NCBI GenBank assembly: GCA_963718615.1
Contig: OY970368.1
Coordinates: 1 to 64,000 of the forward strand
DNA: 64,000 nucleotides
Origin: an uncultured cyanobacterium
GTDB lineage: Bacteria; Cyanobacteriota; Cyanobacteriia; PCC-9006; JAAUQQ01
Direction: 5' to 3'
Shown piece by piece: positions 12,307 to 24,601 of this stretch. The notes below the pieces were generated by a model. The model saw only the letters and a list, made by a program, of their open reading frames with translations, did not search any database and was not told the origin of the DNA. Position numbers and translations under genes: made by a program. Numbering within the stretch: the first letter of the stretch is position 1; each line of letters begins with the position of its first letter.

Positions 12307-13349
12307 ATGACTCACACGTTCAAACGGATAATGCTGTACGGAATGGTTTTTTTCTTGGTCCTTGCCTCCTGCGTTTTCATTCCCGCAGGAGCTCTCACCA
12401 TCACCCAGTCGGATTCTGCGGCTTCAACATCTTCTGCGATTGCGAACGGAGACCCGGTTAATATCAAAGGGATAGCAACCGGCCACCCGCAGAACGGGCT
12501 CCAGGTCTGGCTGATCGGGAACAATTACCTGAAAGTATCGACCATATCGGTCAATGACGACAACACCTTCACCTATGAATTGAAAGATACCGATACCCGG
12601 AACCTTGCGGGTGGCCAGTACTATGTTGTTGTGCAGCACCCGATGATGAACGGGCAGTTCGATATTGTCTACAATTCGGCTACCGGGGAAATTACCAACC
12701 GGCAGCTGGGAAACGGTATGACCATCTTCCAGCTCTCGGGATCCGGCAGTCTCCAGAGCCCGAACGGGGCGCAGGCGCTGATCCAGGCAATCAGCAGCCA
12801 GAATATTGACGATACGTTCACGACATTCACGTTCGGGGTCAACCCCCCCTCTGCGCTGATCAACCCGATCGGCGATCATTACGTGGGAGACTCATTCACC
12901 ATTGGCGGTTCCACCAACCTGGCAGTCGGGGACAATCTCCAGGTCGAGATAACGTCTTCATCGTTTACCCCTTCGAAGAAAACATCTGATGGTGGATTCT
13001 CCGGGACCGCAAAGACAGTCCAGGTCCAGCCGGGAACCGGCGGGAAGAACCAATGGTCGTTACCGGTAGATACCGCCGCATTCAAACCGGATGAATACCT
13101 GGTCAAAGTCTCCGGTGTTCTCGTGGATGCCACCGACTCAACCACGTTCCGGCTCCTAAGCGGCCGGTTACCGTGCAGGCAACTGCCCCGGTCGTAACCG
13201 CAACAACACCCGCCCCCCCGGTTGCAACAACAACTCCCGTTCCAGTGGCAACAACGCTTCCGGTAACACAGAAATCGCCTCTCGCGGCATGGGCAGCGAT
13301 CGGTGCCGGCCTGCTGGCGTTGGGCATCCTGAAGATGAAAAAAGAGTGA
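12307..13349 (+). CDS. archaeal cell-surface protein with Thr/Pro linker and C-terminal anchor (frameshift ~13170)
   Basis: Signal peptide, YYVVVQHPMMNG and GSTNLAVG blocks; the shifted frame continues ...TLPVTQKSPLAAWAAIGAGLLALGILKMKKE-stop. Confidence 0.7.
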
Positions 13350-13357
13350 GCCGGTAA

Positions 13358-14787
13358 TTACCAGCCAAGGAAGAGGGACTTTGTCCGGGAATACTGGTCA
13401 AGGGCATCCTGCCCGTTCTCCCGGCCGATCCCGCTTCCCTCCACGCCCCCGAAAGGAACTTCGGGGGGTATGGTCAGGTGCCGGTTGACCCAGACGATAC
13501 CGGCATGGACTTCATCGAATACTTTTCTCGCGGTATGGAGGTTGGCAGTCCAGATCGATGCGCCAAGCCCGAACCGTGAATTGTTAGCGTCCCGGATCGC
13601 GGCATCCAGGGTGGAAAACGTCATGACCGGAAGCACCGGCCCGAAGATCTCCTCAGTCACCAGCGGGGATTCCGGGGATACGTCCGTCACCAGGGTCGGG
13701 CGGTAAAAAAATCCCTGCTCGTACGCTTTTCCTTTCAGGGCGCACCCACCGGCAACAACCTTCCCGTCATTGTTCCCGCGAACGGTCTCGACCGCATCCT
13801 CTATGAGTTCCCGCTGCACGCTGCTGTTGAGAGGCCCCATATCGATCTTCGGCCCGAGACCGTTCCCAACACTCAGGGCATTGGTGCGTTCTTTGAGTTT
13901 CCTGATAAACACTTCAGAAACCGCTTCCTGGACGTACAGACGCTTGACCGCGGTGCAGGTCTGCCCGGCATTGTAGAACCGTCCCCGGATCGCGCCTTCA
14001 ACGGCCCGGTCAATATCAGCATCGTTCATGACGATCATCGGATCGGACCCGCCCAGTTCCAGAGTGACTTCTCTGAGATGATGGGACGAGACTCCTTAAC
14101 TCTCATGCCGGTAGCACAGCTGCCGGTAAACGAGATCTTCCGGATGCCCGGGTGCCGCACCAGGGCCTCACAGGCCTCCCCGCCGCTTCCCGTGATGACG
14201 TTGAGTACCCCGGGCGGGAGACCCGCTTCATCGAGAATCTTTGCGAGCCGGAGATTCGCAAGGGGGGTAGTGGAGGCAGGTTTCAGGACAAGGGTGTTTC
14301 CGGCAAGCAGGGCTGGTCCCACTTTCCAGCCCATGATAAGGACCGGCAGGTTCCACGGGATGATCGCAGCGCAGACACCGAGCGGTTCGCGGACAACGAG
14401 GCAGTCACCAGCCGGGCCGAGCCGGATGGTTTCGCCGGACTGGTGCGCAGAGATCCCGGCATAGAATTCGAGGATATTGGCAAATCCCCGGACTTCATCG
14501 ATCGACTCCCGCAGGGGTTTTCCCTGTTCCTCGGTCAGGAGCCGGGCAAGATCCTTGTGCTGTTCCCGGACAATCCCGGCAGCCCGGTACAGGATCATGC
14601 CACGCTCCCGCTGGGTCTTCTTCTTCCAGCCGTCGGATGCTGCATCGGCTGCTTCAACCGCCCGGTCCACATCCTCTGCCCGGCCCGCGGGCACGCGGTC
14701 GACACGTTCACCGGTTGCCGGGTTCTTTACCTCGATCCACTCCTCATCCAGAGACGCGGTTTCCGTTCCCCCAATCCTCATAAGCAT
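13358..14787 (-). CDS. NAD(P)-dependent aldehyde dehydrogenase (frameshift ~14085)
   Basis: IIPWN, LKPA, FTGS, LELGG, NAGQTC, EEIFGPV and PFGG motifs across two ORFs. Confidence 0.92.
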
Positions 14788-14875
14788 GATAATCTCCCAT
14801 CCTGGCGGCGCCCGGGTCCGCCCGTTATGAAATACATGGGTATGTACGCCTATAAAGGTCCCGCCGGGGCAGGAC

Positions 14876-15299
14876 CTAGGAATTGTTTTCCGGGTTCCGG
14901 ATGTATTCCATGCCCTCTGCGTACGCGTTTTTGCCGGTGAACGTTGCAACCGTGTGTTCCCCGTCGCTGGCAACAATGACCGGGACATTCTTTTCGACAA
15001 GGAAAAAGAGTTCGAGGAACTCGCATTCTTCGATCTTGAGCCCTTTTACGAGCACCGACGCGGGCTCAAGATCCATGCGCTCCTGCGCAAGGTCCGCCGG
15101 CATCACCCGGAAAAAATAATAAAAGGCCTGCCATGCATTGAGGAGATCGGAGACGAGCAGACTCGGACCGGATTTGTTCGTCGAGCCTGTCCATCATGTT
15201 TGCAAGACAGGCAACATTCTCTTCGCAGGACTCCAGCAGTTCGTCGGCCGCTGCCACGAGCGCAGGATAGGGAATCTTTGACGGACTACTCATTGACAC
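14876..15299 (-). CDS. hypothetical protein (probably one gene split at an A/T run ~15112)
   Basis: Two overlapping short ORFs, 15066-15299 and 14876-15106, flank a homopolymer. Confidence 0.45.
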
Positions 15300-15397
15300 T
15301 CATTGGATGTTCAGGGAAAAATCACTTCCGGCTGCCCGGCCGGAAATTGGGCGCCATAACAAAAACCCTTATTCCGATCCGGGGGATATGAATACAG

Positions 15398-15670
15398 GTG
15401 AAAGATGAGGAAGCGGACTGGCAGATCTATCACCTTATCCCGGAAGGTTCTGCCACTACGGCCGGGGAACTGGAGAGGAAAAGCGGCCTGGATGCGGCAT
15501 CCGTTGCGGCATCCTTAAAACGGCTCGAACGATCCTGTCTCGTAGAACGCTCGGGCGATACGATCCGTATGCTGAATTTCGGCGAAGCGCTCCTCAAAAA
15601 CCAGGTAAAATATGAAAAAGGTCTGCCGTTCACGATAGAAAACGGCGTCATCAGGGCAAGGAAGGACTAG
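15398..15670 (+). CDS. small winged-helix HTH protein
   Basis: T.GEL..KSGL....VAASLKRLE...LVER pattern; first gene of the operon. Confidence 0.65.
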   Translation: MKDEEADWQIYHLIPEGSATTAGELERKSGLDAASVAASLKRLERSCLVERSGDTIRMLNFGEALLKNQVKYEKGLPFTIENGVIRARKD

Positions 15671-15671
15671 C

Positions 15672-16202
15672 ATGCCAGAACAGGAAACCGTAATTCTGAG
15701 AATCGGCCACCGGCCCGAGCGGGACCAGCGCGTAACTACCCATGTAGGCCTGACCGCCCGGGCGCTTGGGGCAAAAGGAATGTTCCTTGCCGCGTCAGAC
15801 AAGGGCGTTGTCCAGAGTATTGCGGATGTCGTGGATCGCTGGGGCGGGGAGTTCTTCTGCGAGGATAATATCAAATGGCGCTCCTGCATCAAGGACTGGA
15901 AAGCATCCGGCGGCACCGTTGTCCACCTCACCATGTACGGCCTCAACCTGCCGGACATTATCGGGGACATCCGGCCCCACAACCGGATCCTCGTCATTGT
16001 TGGCGCCGAGAAAGTCCCGGGTGAGATCTATGGCCTGGCCGATTACAATGTCGCGGTCACCGGCCAGCCCCACTCCGAGATCTCGAGCCTGGCACTCTTC
16101 CTCGACCACCTTGCATCGGGAACCGGGCTTGCCCACGAATTTCCCGGCGCAAAAATCAGCATCATCCCCTCCAAAGCAGGAAAACAGACGGTGGAACGGT
16201 GA
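15672..16202 (+). CDS. trm56: archaeal tRNA (cytidine56-2'-O)-methyltransferase
   Basis: [40 protein letters not shown] and QPHSE motifs. Confidence 0.95.
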   Translation: MPEQETVILRIGHRPERDQRVTTHVGLTARALGAKGMFLAASDKGVVQSIADVVDRWGGEFFCEDNIKWRSCIKDWKASGGTVVHLTMYGLNLPDIIGDIRPHNRILVIVGAEKVPGEIYGLADYNVAVTGQPHSEISSLALFLDHLASGTGLAHEFPGAKISIIPSKAGKQTVER

Positions 16203-17275
16203 AAGGGCGGGTGCTCGTTGCCGGGTTTTCAACCCGCCATGTAGCACAATCGGCCCACAATGCCGGGTATGATGTCTGCACGGTCGATCATTTCTGCGAC
16301 CAGGATCTTGCCTGGTACACAAAGGACCAGGAGAGGTTCGAGGATCTCGCGGATCTACCCGATGCCATCGACAGCATCTGCCGGCGCAATACATTCGATC
16401 TCTTTATTCCGACATCCGGGGCAGAGAGCCTGGAAATCCCGCTGCCTCTCTGCGGGACACCGCCTGCCACCATTGCAGCTTTCATGGACAAGCTGGATAC
16501 CCAGCATTTTTTTGAAGCACACGATATCCCCGTCCCCCGCATACTCCCGGCAAACGAATATCCCGCCATGATCAAACCGCGCCGGGGAGCCGGCGGGTGG
16601 CGGAATGCGGTAATCGAGAGCGAACCGGCGATGGCCGCGTGGGAATCGCTCTACCCCGGTGTCCCGTATATCCGCCAGGAGATCGTAGAGGGCGTACCTG
16701 CCAGCGTCTGCTGTGTTGCCACGGGAACAGATGCAATGGCGATTGCCGCCAACGGGCAGATCCTCAGGGGAAAAGGAGAATCTGCGTTCGGGTTCTCCGG
16801 TTCGATCACGCCGTTTTCCGATCCCTCCTCAGGCCGTATGATCGCACTTGCCGAACGCATCGCTGCCCTCAGCGGGTGCCGGGGCACGATCGGGATCGAT
16901 TTTGTTATCAGCAACGGGATACCGGTTGCCATCGAGATCAATCCCCGGTTCCAGGGCACGGTCGACACGGTCGAAGGGGCGTACGGGTGCAACCTTTTTG
17001 AGTGCCATGTCAATGCCTGCGCCGGCATCCTGCCACCGGCACGACCCCGGTTCCGGCAATTCGCGGTACGGAGCATCCTCTTTGCCGGGCGCGACATGAC
17101 GGTCCGGGCCGATCTCCGGCAGTTCCGGGATTTTGCAGCCGACATCCCCTGGCCGGGAACCGTTCTCGAAGAAGACCAGGCAATCGTGAGCGTGTACGGG
17201 TGGGGAAATACCCATACCGAAGCGATGGCACTGCTGGATAAGCATATTACTACCATCCGACAATATATGCGCTGA
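16199..17275 (+). CDS. ATP-grasp domain protein
   Basis: [21 protein letters not shown] and EINPRFQG motifs. Confidence 0.88.
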   Translation: MKGRVLVAGFSTRHVAQSAHNAGYDVCTVDHFCDQDLAWYTKDQERFEDLADLPDAIDSICRRNTFDLFIPTSGAESLEIPLPLCGTPPATIAAFMDKLDTQHFFEAHDIPVPRILPANEYPAMIKPRRGAGGWRNAVIESEPAMAAWESLYPGVPYIRQEIVEGVPASVCCVATGTDAMAIAANGQILRGKGESAFGFSGSITPFSDPSSGRMIALAERIAALSGCRGTIGIDFVISNGIPVAIEINPRFQGTVDTVEGAYGCNLFECHVNACAGILPPARPRFRQFAVRSILFAGRDMTVRADLRQFRDFAADIPWPGTVLEEDQAIVSVYGWGNTHTEAMALLDKHITTIRQYMR

Positions 17276-17796
17276 TGGATCCAACGGAAGACTTGATCAA
17301 CGATCCCGCAATACGTGCCTACCTTCACCGCCTTGTTGGCGATGAGGGTCTCAATCTTCTCGAACGGTTTCCCAAGGACGGGGAGCACAGCGATGAAGAA
17401 CTGGCAGCAAAGACCGGGATCAACCTAAATTCGGTCCGGCACACGCTCTATACGCTTTACGAAAAACGCCTGGCTGAATACCACCGGATCAAGAACAACG
17501 AGACCGGCTGGCTCACCTACCTCTGGCAGCTCCGCACCGATCATATTTACGATGCTATCCGCGAAGACATGGGGCTCGTGCTCGAAAAACTCTCCCGGCG
17601 CGAGCGGTTCGAGGAAGAGAACGACTTCTACATCTGCAAGGACTGTCACCTCATCTTCACGTTCCCGCAGGCCATGAATACGGATTTCAAGTGCCCGGAC
17701 TGCGACCAGCCGATGGGCCATTTCGATAACGAGATGCTCTTAAAAGCGCTCACCCACCGGATCCAGGATATCCGGAAATCCCTGGGTCATGCCTGA
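17275..17796 (+). CDS. tfe: archaeal transcription factor E (TFE alpha)
   Basis: SDEELA..TGINLNSVR..LY.LYE..LA.Y, GWLTYLW, and zinc ribbon CxxC...CPDC. Confidence 0.95.
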   Translation: MDPTEDLINDPAIRAYLHRLVGDEGLNLLERFPKDGEHSDEELAAKTGINLNSVRHTLYTLYEKRLAEYHRIKNNETGWLTYLWQLRTDHIYDAIREDMGLVLEKLSRRERFEEENDFYICKDCHLIFTFPQAMNTDFKCPDCDQPMGHFDNEMLLKALTHRIQDIRKSLGHA

Positions 17797-18289
17797 CCGG
17801 ATACAACACTACGAAAATATTCTGCGCGAGGCCGGGTGCAGTGCAAAAGTTATCGCCCACTGCCGGGCAGTAACGGACTGCGCACAGGAATATGCTGCAC
17901 GGAACCCGGATGTTGACAGGGAGCTGGTACTTGCGGGTGCCATGCTCCATGATATCGGCCGCAGCATTACCCATACAATTCACCATGCACAGGACGGTGC
18001 GGATCTCCTGCGCAGCCGGGGATTCCCCGAAGAGCTGGCCCGGATTGTCGAATGCCATACCGGGGCCGGTCTCACGGCCGACGAATGTACGATCCTCGGG
18101 CTCTCGCCCCGGGACTGCGTGCCGGCAACTACGGAAGAGAAGATCGTTGCGCACGCGGACAACCTGATTGCCGGCAAACACCGGGTATCGATTGAGGAGA
18201 GTATCGGGTCGGCCATTCACCTTCCAAAAAAAGCCCGGACGCGGATGTACCGGCTTGCACGCGAAGTTGAACTGCTGTGTAGCGGATAA
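17789..18289 (+). CDS. HD-domain protein (HDIG)
   Basis: HC, LHDIGR, HA..G, HTGAG and EEKIVAHADNL motifs; usual neighbour of tfe. Confidence 0.9.
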   Translation: MPDRIQHYENILREAGCSAKVIAHCRAVTDCAQEYAARNPDVDRELVLAGAMLHDIGRSITHTIHHAQDGADLLRSRGFPEELARIVECHTGAGLTADECTILGLSPRDCVPATTEEKIVAHADNLIAGKHRVSIEESIGSAIHLPKKARTRMYRLAREVELLCSG

Positions 18290-18371
18290 GCACACGCTTG
18301 GTATTCCCCGGCCGGTTTTTCCTGGTCGGGTGGATCTTTTTCCGGGCGGTTTTCCCCGGGGCAAAACATGC

Positions 18372-18917
18372 AAGTCCGGATTTCCCCATGAACTGCTCGG
18401 GGGCCATGTATGGCGGAGAGCCGATCCGCGTCGTCGCGTAGGGGACGTCCTGGAGCCAGGCGGACGTGCCGAAATCCGTGATTTTGACCTGGCCCTCCTC
18501 GGACACGATGATATTCGAGGGGCGCAAGTCCCGGTGGATGATCTTGTTTTTATGAGCGTGCTCGACGCCGGCGGCCAGCTGTTTCATCATGTCGATCGCC
18601 GTGGCGATCTCCAGAACTTTTTCCTTCTGCAGGATTTTCTCCAGAGTCCGCCCGCGGACGTATTCCATAACGAAAAAGAAAACCTTATCGACTTTTTCCG
18701 CGGCGAGCAACCGGACGATGTTCGGGTGGTCCAGGACGGCCTGGAGGCGCGGCTCCTTCAGGAGCTTGTAAAGTTCCACCGATTGCTTGTGGGGAACCTT
18801 GATCGCGACCTTGATGTCGAGCCAGATGTCCTTGGCCAGAAAAACCGAGCCGAACCCCCCGCTGCCCAGCGAGCGGATGATTTCATATTTTCCGATTTTC
18901 TGACCCTGGAGAAACAT
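18372..18917 (-). CDS. Hanks-type Ser/Thr protein kinase, 3'-truncated at the junction
   Basis: LGSGGFGSV, VAIK, HRDLRPSN, DFG and YMAPE motifs. Confidence 0.88.
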
Positions 18918-19236
18918 CTTTCACCAGTTCCATTCGTGGGCGAAGACGGTCAGAACGGCAGACCGCCGTTTCCGCCCGGAGAATCGTCCGCCCGAGGCTC
19001 ACCGGCTCAAATCCCGCTTTCCGGATCGTCGTTTCCTCGTTCCCGCTCCATCCGCCTTCCGGCCCGACAAGGACCGCCGCCTCCGCGGGCGGGTCACCGC
19101 CTTCGCTCCGCAGGAGCTTTAGGCTCGACCCGCCGTTTTCGCTCAAAAAATAGCGCCGCCGGACCAGACACGCGGAGAGAAATTCGTCCAGCCGGACCGG
19201 GGCGTCAATAACCGGAACATGCGCCGCCGGGGGTAC
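18910..19236 (-). CDS. rsmE: 16S rRNA m3U1498 methyltransferase, C-terminal fragment with errors
   Basis: VGPEGGWS and VSLGRTILRAETA motifs. Confidence 0.75.
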
Positions 19237-19308
19237 CGCACAAAGCCCGGCAACCTTCAAAAGCTTTATCAGCTCTATATATTCGCCCTGTATTGGTATT
19301 TTCAACAA
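19237..19308 (-). CDS. S4-like RNA-binding protein (YaaA/YbcJ type), N-terminal fragment
   Basis: IPIQGEYIELIKLLKVAGLC after a GGAG RBS. Confidence 0.6.
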
Positions 19309-19321
19309 AACAAATAACTCC

Positions 19322-19738
19322 TTATTTCTTCTTATCAAGCCCTGCTTTTAAAATATCCCCGAACGTGCCAAAAGACTCATTTTTTTGTTTTTCATATCCG
19401 AGATTTCCTCATATTCATCATCCTCAGCAATTACTTTTTCATTTTCCTGAACTTCATCTGAACTCATAACCAGTGAAATCCGTTTTTTTTTCTATTTCAA
19501 GCTTTTCGATTTTGACATTTATTTCCTGTCCCATCTTCAACACATCACCGGGGTGATTGATTCTTTTACCACCCCCAAGCCTTGAAATATGGATCGAACC
19601 ATCTATTCCGTGCTCAAGCGTTACAAAAGCACCGAATTTTGCTAAACTTAAGAATTACCCTGTATGACATGACCCGTCACTGTACTTGGTGAGAACACAC
19701 TCCCAAGGATCCAGCTACTTTGCCCTGAGTGAAAAAGA
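19322..19738 (-). CDS. rpsA: 30S ribosomal protein S1, C-terminal fragment with indels
   Basis: Manual translation gives LAKFGAFVTLEHGIDG, IHISRL, RINHPGDVLKMGQEINVKI, KRISL and SFGTFGDILKAG; not present in the ORF track. Confidence 0.7.
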
Positions 19739-19739
19739 C

Positions 19740-20363
19740 ATAGATGCGGAAGCCGTAGACGACGCGCGCCACGACATCGCGGCCCTGATCGTCGAGTCCG
19801 AGCCAATTGTAGTTGCCGATCGCGTGGTAGCGCGTGAGCTGCTCGGGTGGCGCGTCGCAGAGCGGAGCGTCGAGGCCCAGGGTGGCGGCGCGGGGTAGCC
19901 GAGGCACAGGCCCTCGAGACCCTTGCGCCCGGGATAGTCCTTGTTGATCGTGTCGTAGGAGTAGCTCGATCGGCCGCCACGTCGCGCCAGCCGTTCTCGG
20001 TGATCTCCTTGAGTATCTCGGGCTCCTTGAAGTCGGTCACGGCGAGGAAGCCGCCGAACTTCGATTTCGGATAGTCGACGAGACGGGCCAGCGGATCTCA
20101 CCCTTGTAGCTCATGACGATCGGGCGGTCGTTGGCGAGGAATTCGGCGCACATCGAGATGCCGAACAGGCTCAGGAAGACGATGAGGCTCCAGTAGCCGC
20201 GCCGGTTCGCTTTGAAGTTCGACCAGCGGCGAGCGTTGATGGGGCTAGCCGAAAGCGGTCGCGCCAGCGCTGTCCAGCGCGCCAAGCCAGTACGGGGCCG
20301 GCGTTTGCTCCTCGGGAGGGGGCTGGTTTTGCGGCAGCGGAGTTCGATCGCGCGGGTGTCCAA
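19740..20363 (-). CDS. yejE: peptide/microcin C ABC permease YejE-like, partial and error-rich
   Basis: NARRWSNFKANRRGYWSL, AEFLANDRPI and NWLG.DDQGRDV.ARV.YGFR. Confidence 0.7.
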
Positions 20364-20366
20364 GCC

Positions 20367-21052
20367 TCAGACCTCCCGGCTTTCGAAATCGATGCGCGGG
20401 TCGACGAGCGTGTAGATGAAGTCGGAGACGAGGTTCACGACAAGGCCGAGATAGCGAGAAGATGCAGAGCGTCGCGAAGACGATGGGGTAGTCGCGCGTG
20501 GTGGATCGACTCGTACGCCAGGAGTCCCAGGCCGTCGATCGAGAAGATCGACCTCGATGAGCATCGAGCCGGCGAAGAAGATGTTGATGAAGGCGCCGGG
20601 AAGCCCGGCGATGACGAGCAGCATGGCGTTGCGGAACACGTGGCCGTAGAGGACCTGGCGCTCGCTCAGGCCCTTGCTGCGCGCCGTGCGCACGTAGTCC
20701 TTGCGGATCTCGTTGAGGAAGGAGTTCCTGGTGAGCATCGTCAGTGACGCGAAGCCAGCGATGACCATGGCGGTGACCGGCAGCGTGAGGTGCCAGAAGT
20801 AGTCCAGGATCTCCTGGTCCCCGCGAGCAGAGAGCCGTCCCGTGGGAGACCAGGCCGCGCAACGGGAAGATCTTCAGGTACTGCCCCCGGCGAACAGGAC
20901 GATCAGCAGGACGGCGAAGAGGAAGCCGGGAATGGCATACGGGCGATCACGAGGACGGTGCTCGACGACGTCGAACTGCGCGCCGTCGTCGCACGGCCTT
21001 GGCGATGCCGAGCGGGATCGAGATGAGGTAGGTCAAAACCTCGTCCACAGTT
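20367..21052 (-). CDS. yejB: peptide/microcin C ABC permease YejB-like, partial and error-rich
   Basis: LTMLTRNSFL.EIRKDYV.TARSKGL, YGHVFRNAML and DPRIDFE. Confidence 0.72.
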
Positions 21053-21059
21053 CACCTCC

Positions 21060-21614
21060 GAAAGCGATCGAACCCGACAAACCACCGCAATAAAGCCATC
21101 CCCCGGCTGACAAGTCGCAATTCGACGTTGCAAATGGTGGTGCAATCCAATCCGGTTGAGCAAATTGGTCAGAGGATCAATGTAAGCCGCTCGGCTGAGA
21201 TTTTCGGCGGTATTGCGGAGTTCTGTGAGATAGGGCTGGGCAAGGGCGGTTTGCTTCTTGAGGCGGGTGGCGATCGCATCCAGCAATTCTTGACGCTTAA
21301 ACGGCTTGGTGGAATAGTCATCCGCCCCCAGGGTCATGCCTCGACGCAGATCCGAGCGAGCGACTTTTCCGGTCAAAAGATAAAGGAATACTGGCCGTAA
21401 TCGGTTCCCGTTGCAGAACCTCTAGGACTTGAAAGCCATCGGGACCCGGCATGAGAATATCGCACAAAATCATATCCGGCAGCATCTCCCGAGCCAACTG
21501 GACGCCGGTTTTGCCCTCCGCCGCTGCCAACACCTCAAAGCCCTGCTGTTCGAGGACCTTGAGAATTTGAGTCCGGATAGTGCGATCGTCCTCAATAACC
21601 AGGATTGTCTTCAC
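21060..21614 (-). CDS. response regulator receiver fused to the start of a GGDEF/EAL-type output (truncated, frameshift ~21385)
   Basis: ILVIEDD, LCDILMP, GADDY.TKPF and YIDPLTNL.NR. Confidence 0.75.
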
Positions 21615-21812
21615 GGCTTGACCTTCGGCAGATGGCGATGCGGTTGTGGACGCAGGAATTTCGTAAACCTGTCCCTCGGAGCTCCGAGAAAGGTCCTTGT
21701 TTTACCTGCCTTAGGATGCCCGTATGACTGCTGGGATGCTCAGATCTAGAGCGGCTGCACCGAAGGGGACCCTAGGTGGGATCCGGTAAGTCAAACAGTT
21801 CTTGGTTGGTCT

Positions 21813-22254
21813 CTAAAATTTGCCCGAGCAACAGGCCGCTCTCTGGCCGAGCATTTCCAGGCTGAGCTCTTTGAGGGTGGTGTAGGTGTGGTAACAGGTT
21901 TTTTGCATATTGAACGCCCGCATGATGGTTTGAAACCAGAGCATGAGGCGATCGCGCAAGGTCTCTTCATCGTCTAGGAGCATGGCCAAGGCCGAAAACC
22001 GCAGCACCCAGGTGGTGTCTCGCTGCCAGTTGCGGATGGTGTTTTTGTCCCAGGAGGCGAAAATTTCGGGATGGCGCGATCGCCAACCGCATATAAGTTT
22101 TTTGCATCAGCTCCCGCTCCTGCTGTCGGAGGGCCTGATAGGCGCGCAGCCGAGCAGGAAAGGACTGGGCATAATCTTCGAGAAACTGGAGTTCGGCATC
22201 GGTGGCATAGCGCCCTTCGGTGGCCTGAAGCAGGGCACGGGTCTGGCTGAGCAT
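21813..22254 (-). CDS. cyanobacterial globin-like/phycobilisome-domain protein (frameshifted)
   Basis: EGRYATDAELQFL and LRFSALAMLLDDE..LRDRL.LWFQTIM. Confidence 0.65.
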
Positions 22255-22335
22255 GGCAGGAATGGGGCAGGCGAGAATGGGTGCAGTATAGCTTGGGCAG
22301 AGGATATTACTAAGGTTCCCACAGACAGAGCGGGG

Positions 22336-24601
22336 CTAAAGGCCCGTTTGAATTTCTTCAAAGGGACGACTGCCGCCTTCCCAATTGAAGTCGCTAATCC
22401 GGAAGGAAACAGAGCCCACTTCGAGAACTGGATTGTATTGAAATAAGACTCCGTAGGCGCGGCGGCTCCATTCCAGAGTGTAGTTGGTGCTGAGAGCTTC
22501 GCGATCGTTGAGGCTCAGGCTGGTCTGGACACCGAACCGTAGCGGAGCCGTAAACCTGTTGGCGCAGTCCCAGGGAAAGCACTTGGGTATCGGCGATGCG
22601 ATCGAACTGGAATGGAGACTCATCCCCCCGAATCGCTTGGCTATAGACGACGTTGACAGCGGTATAGTCAAGCCACTTTTTGGAGAAATGACCAAATTCG
22701 CCATTCAATCCGAGCGTCGTGGTCAAAGACTCCTGAGTTTCACCATTGCCATAGGCACTGTATAGTCCCGTGATGCCAGCAAAGGTTGAAACATTAGGGG
22801 TAATGGGAACGGGCGTATAGCGTAACCCTTGGTCTGGGGTAGCGGGGAGTGCTTGGCCACGCCAGAGGGAAAATCCTCGATTGAGAGAGGCACCTAGCTG
22901 ATAGCGATTGAGCGTGACGCGGTTGTTCTCACGAATAGGGTCAAGGAGATCGGCTCGGTCTGTATCCGCTGTAATGCGCTGAACTCCGGCTTGGTAGTTG
23001 GCGACAATCCCGGTTTTCCCCAGGACAAAGTTGGGCGACTGGAGCACGGCACCATAGCTTTGTTGCACCGTCCGAAATCCCAGGGAGCCGTTGTAAATCC
23101 GTCCGCGATAGGTGTAGTCCAAATCCAGCAGGTGACGACCTAAGTTTTGGCGTAGCAGGGCACGGGCGCGGGTCTTGTCGCCCAGTTCGCTGGGGTCAGC
23201 GGTGGTGAATGTCGCGTTGCCGGTAAAGGTGGTGCCAGGACGGAGATTGGCCCGCACATCGGCCCGCAAACCGTAGTTTTTGGGTGAAAACACATTGCCC
23301 CCCTCCTCGAACAGCGCCCGCTGGAGATAGAACTGGGGCGTTAGGTTAATGCGGAGTTTGTCCGTCGAAATGGGTTCAAAGCTGCGTTCGGCAAAGAGAC
23401 CACCGCGATCGCGCCCATCAAACCCAAAGGTCACCAGCCCATCATCCCGAGGCCGCCGGTCAATCACAATGCGGTTGCGGAACGTCGGAATCGCCACCTT
23501 ATCTTCAAACACATAGCGCGGTTTTTCCGCCACAATCTCATCCACCAAAGGACTTAAGGCCCGCACCCGCACGGACTCCGCCCGCAGCTTAAACTGGGGG
23601 GGCGAAAAGGGGTCATTGGTGAGATTCACCGTATCCGCTTCCCAGCCCCCCGGCACGAGCCGCAGCTCATCCGCCTCGAAGCGCCAGCGATTGACCTCTC
23701 CTTCCTGGCGAAAGCCACTGACCTGGAGCGGCAGCGCGATCGTATCGGAGGGTTTGATCGCTGAACTATCGGGATTATCCTCGTTTTCATCCCGAAAACT
23801 GCTGAAATTGGTTTGAAACCCCGTGACGATTGTAATTGCACCGGGATTGGTGACATTGCGGGTGGGTTCCGTTTGGGTGAGGCGATCGCTCGGCGGTGCC
23901 ACAAATCCCCCCTCCGTTCCCCCCTGGTCAAAATCTAGATCCGGGCCAGAAGAGGGAGAGTAAAGCGTGCCCGAGGCGGCAAGAACGCGACCGGTTTCCT
24001 GGGTGATGTTGTATTCGATGCGATCGCCCCGCAGCCGCTGCTGCCCACGGACTAAAGCCGCTTCTCCATCGGCGACGACAATTCGACGGGTGAGATTAAT
24101 CTGGACGCGATCGCCACTCAGGAGACCCCCCTGAAACCGCATTTCCACATTGCCCTCTGCGATCACCACCTGTTTCTGCTGGTCAAAGCTTTGATAATCC
24201 GCCGTCAGGGCGACCACTCCGGCCTCGTCTAAGGCTTGCTGTAGGAGCGGTCCTTCAATCCCTGTTTCTCCAGGGACTTCGAGGGAAGGGCGATCGCCCG
24301 TCTCTTCCACCGGATTGCTCGGCGGGGTTGGAGCCTCTAAAACCGGTTCTGCTTCTACTGGCACCGCATCCAGTTGCCGTTCAACGGGCTCTAGGTCGAG
24401 GGCAACCCCTTCTGAATCTATCGCAAAAGATTCGACGGGAACGTCTGGAATTTTTGGAACTTCGACTGAAACGTCTGGAACTTGGTCTAGAACTTCGTTG
24501 GGAACTTCAGCAAAAGATGGCCCTTCGCTGACGACGCGGACTTCCGCCGGAACCGCCACCTCAATGGGCGGGATTGCTGGGGGCTGTGCGGGATACGCCA
24601 T
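22336..24601 (-). CDS. DUF3769 / LptD(OstA)-like outer-membrane protein (frameshift ~22548)
   Basis: OstA-like ADYQ..AEGNV, TNDPFSPP, DGRDRGGLF and YRGRIYNGSLG; the C-terminus continues in ORF 22336-22704. Confidence 0.8.

Noticed and set aside
15398-18289. trm56-ATP-grasp-tfe-HD cluster as a new system
   Set aside because: A familiar conserved neighbourhood in methanogens.
18883-19338. S4-RsmE fusion ORF
   Set aside because: Chimera of two fragments with different GC content joined at ~19237.
2848-22600. Programmed frameshifting or mass pseudogenisation (tyrS, TolB-like, kinase, ALDH, yejBE, DUF3769)
   Set aside because: Single-base indels, often near homopolymers and in essential genes, fit low-coverage sequencing errors.
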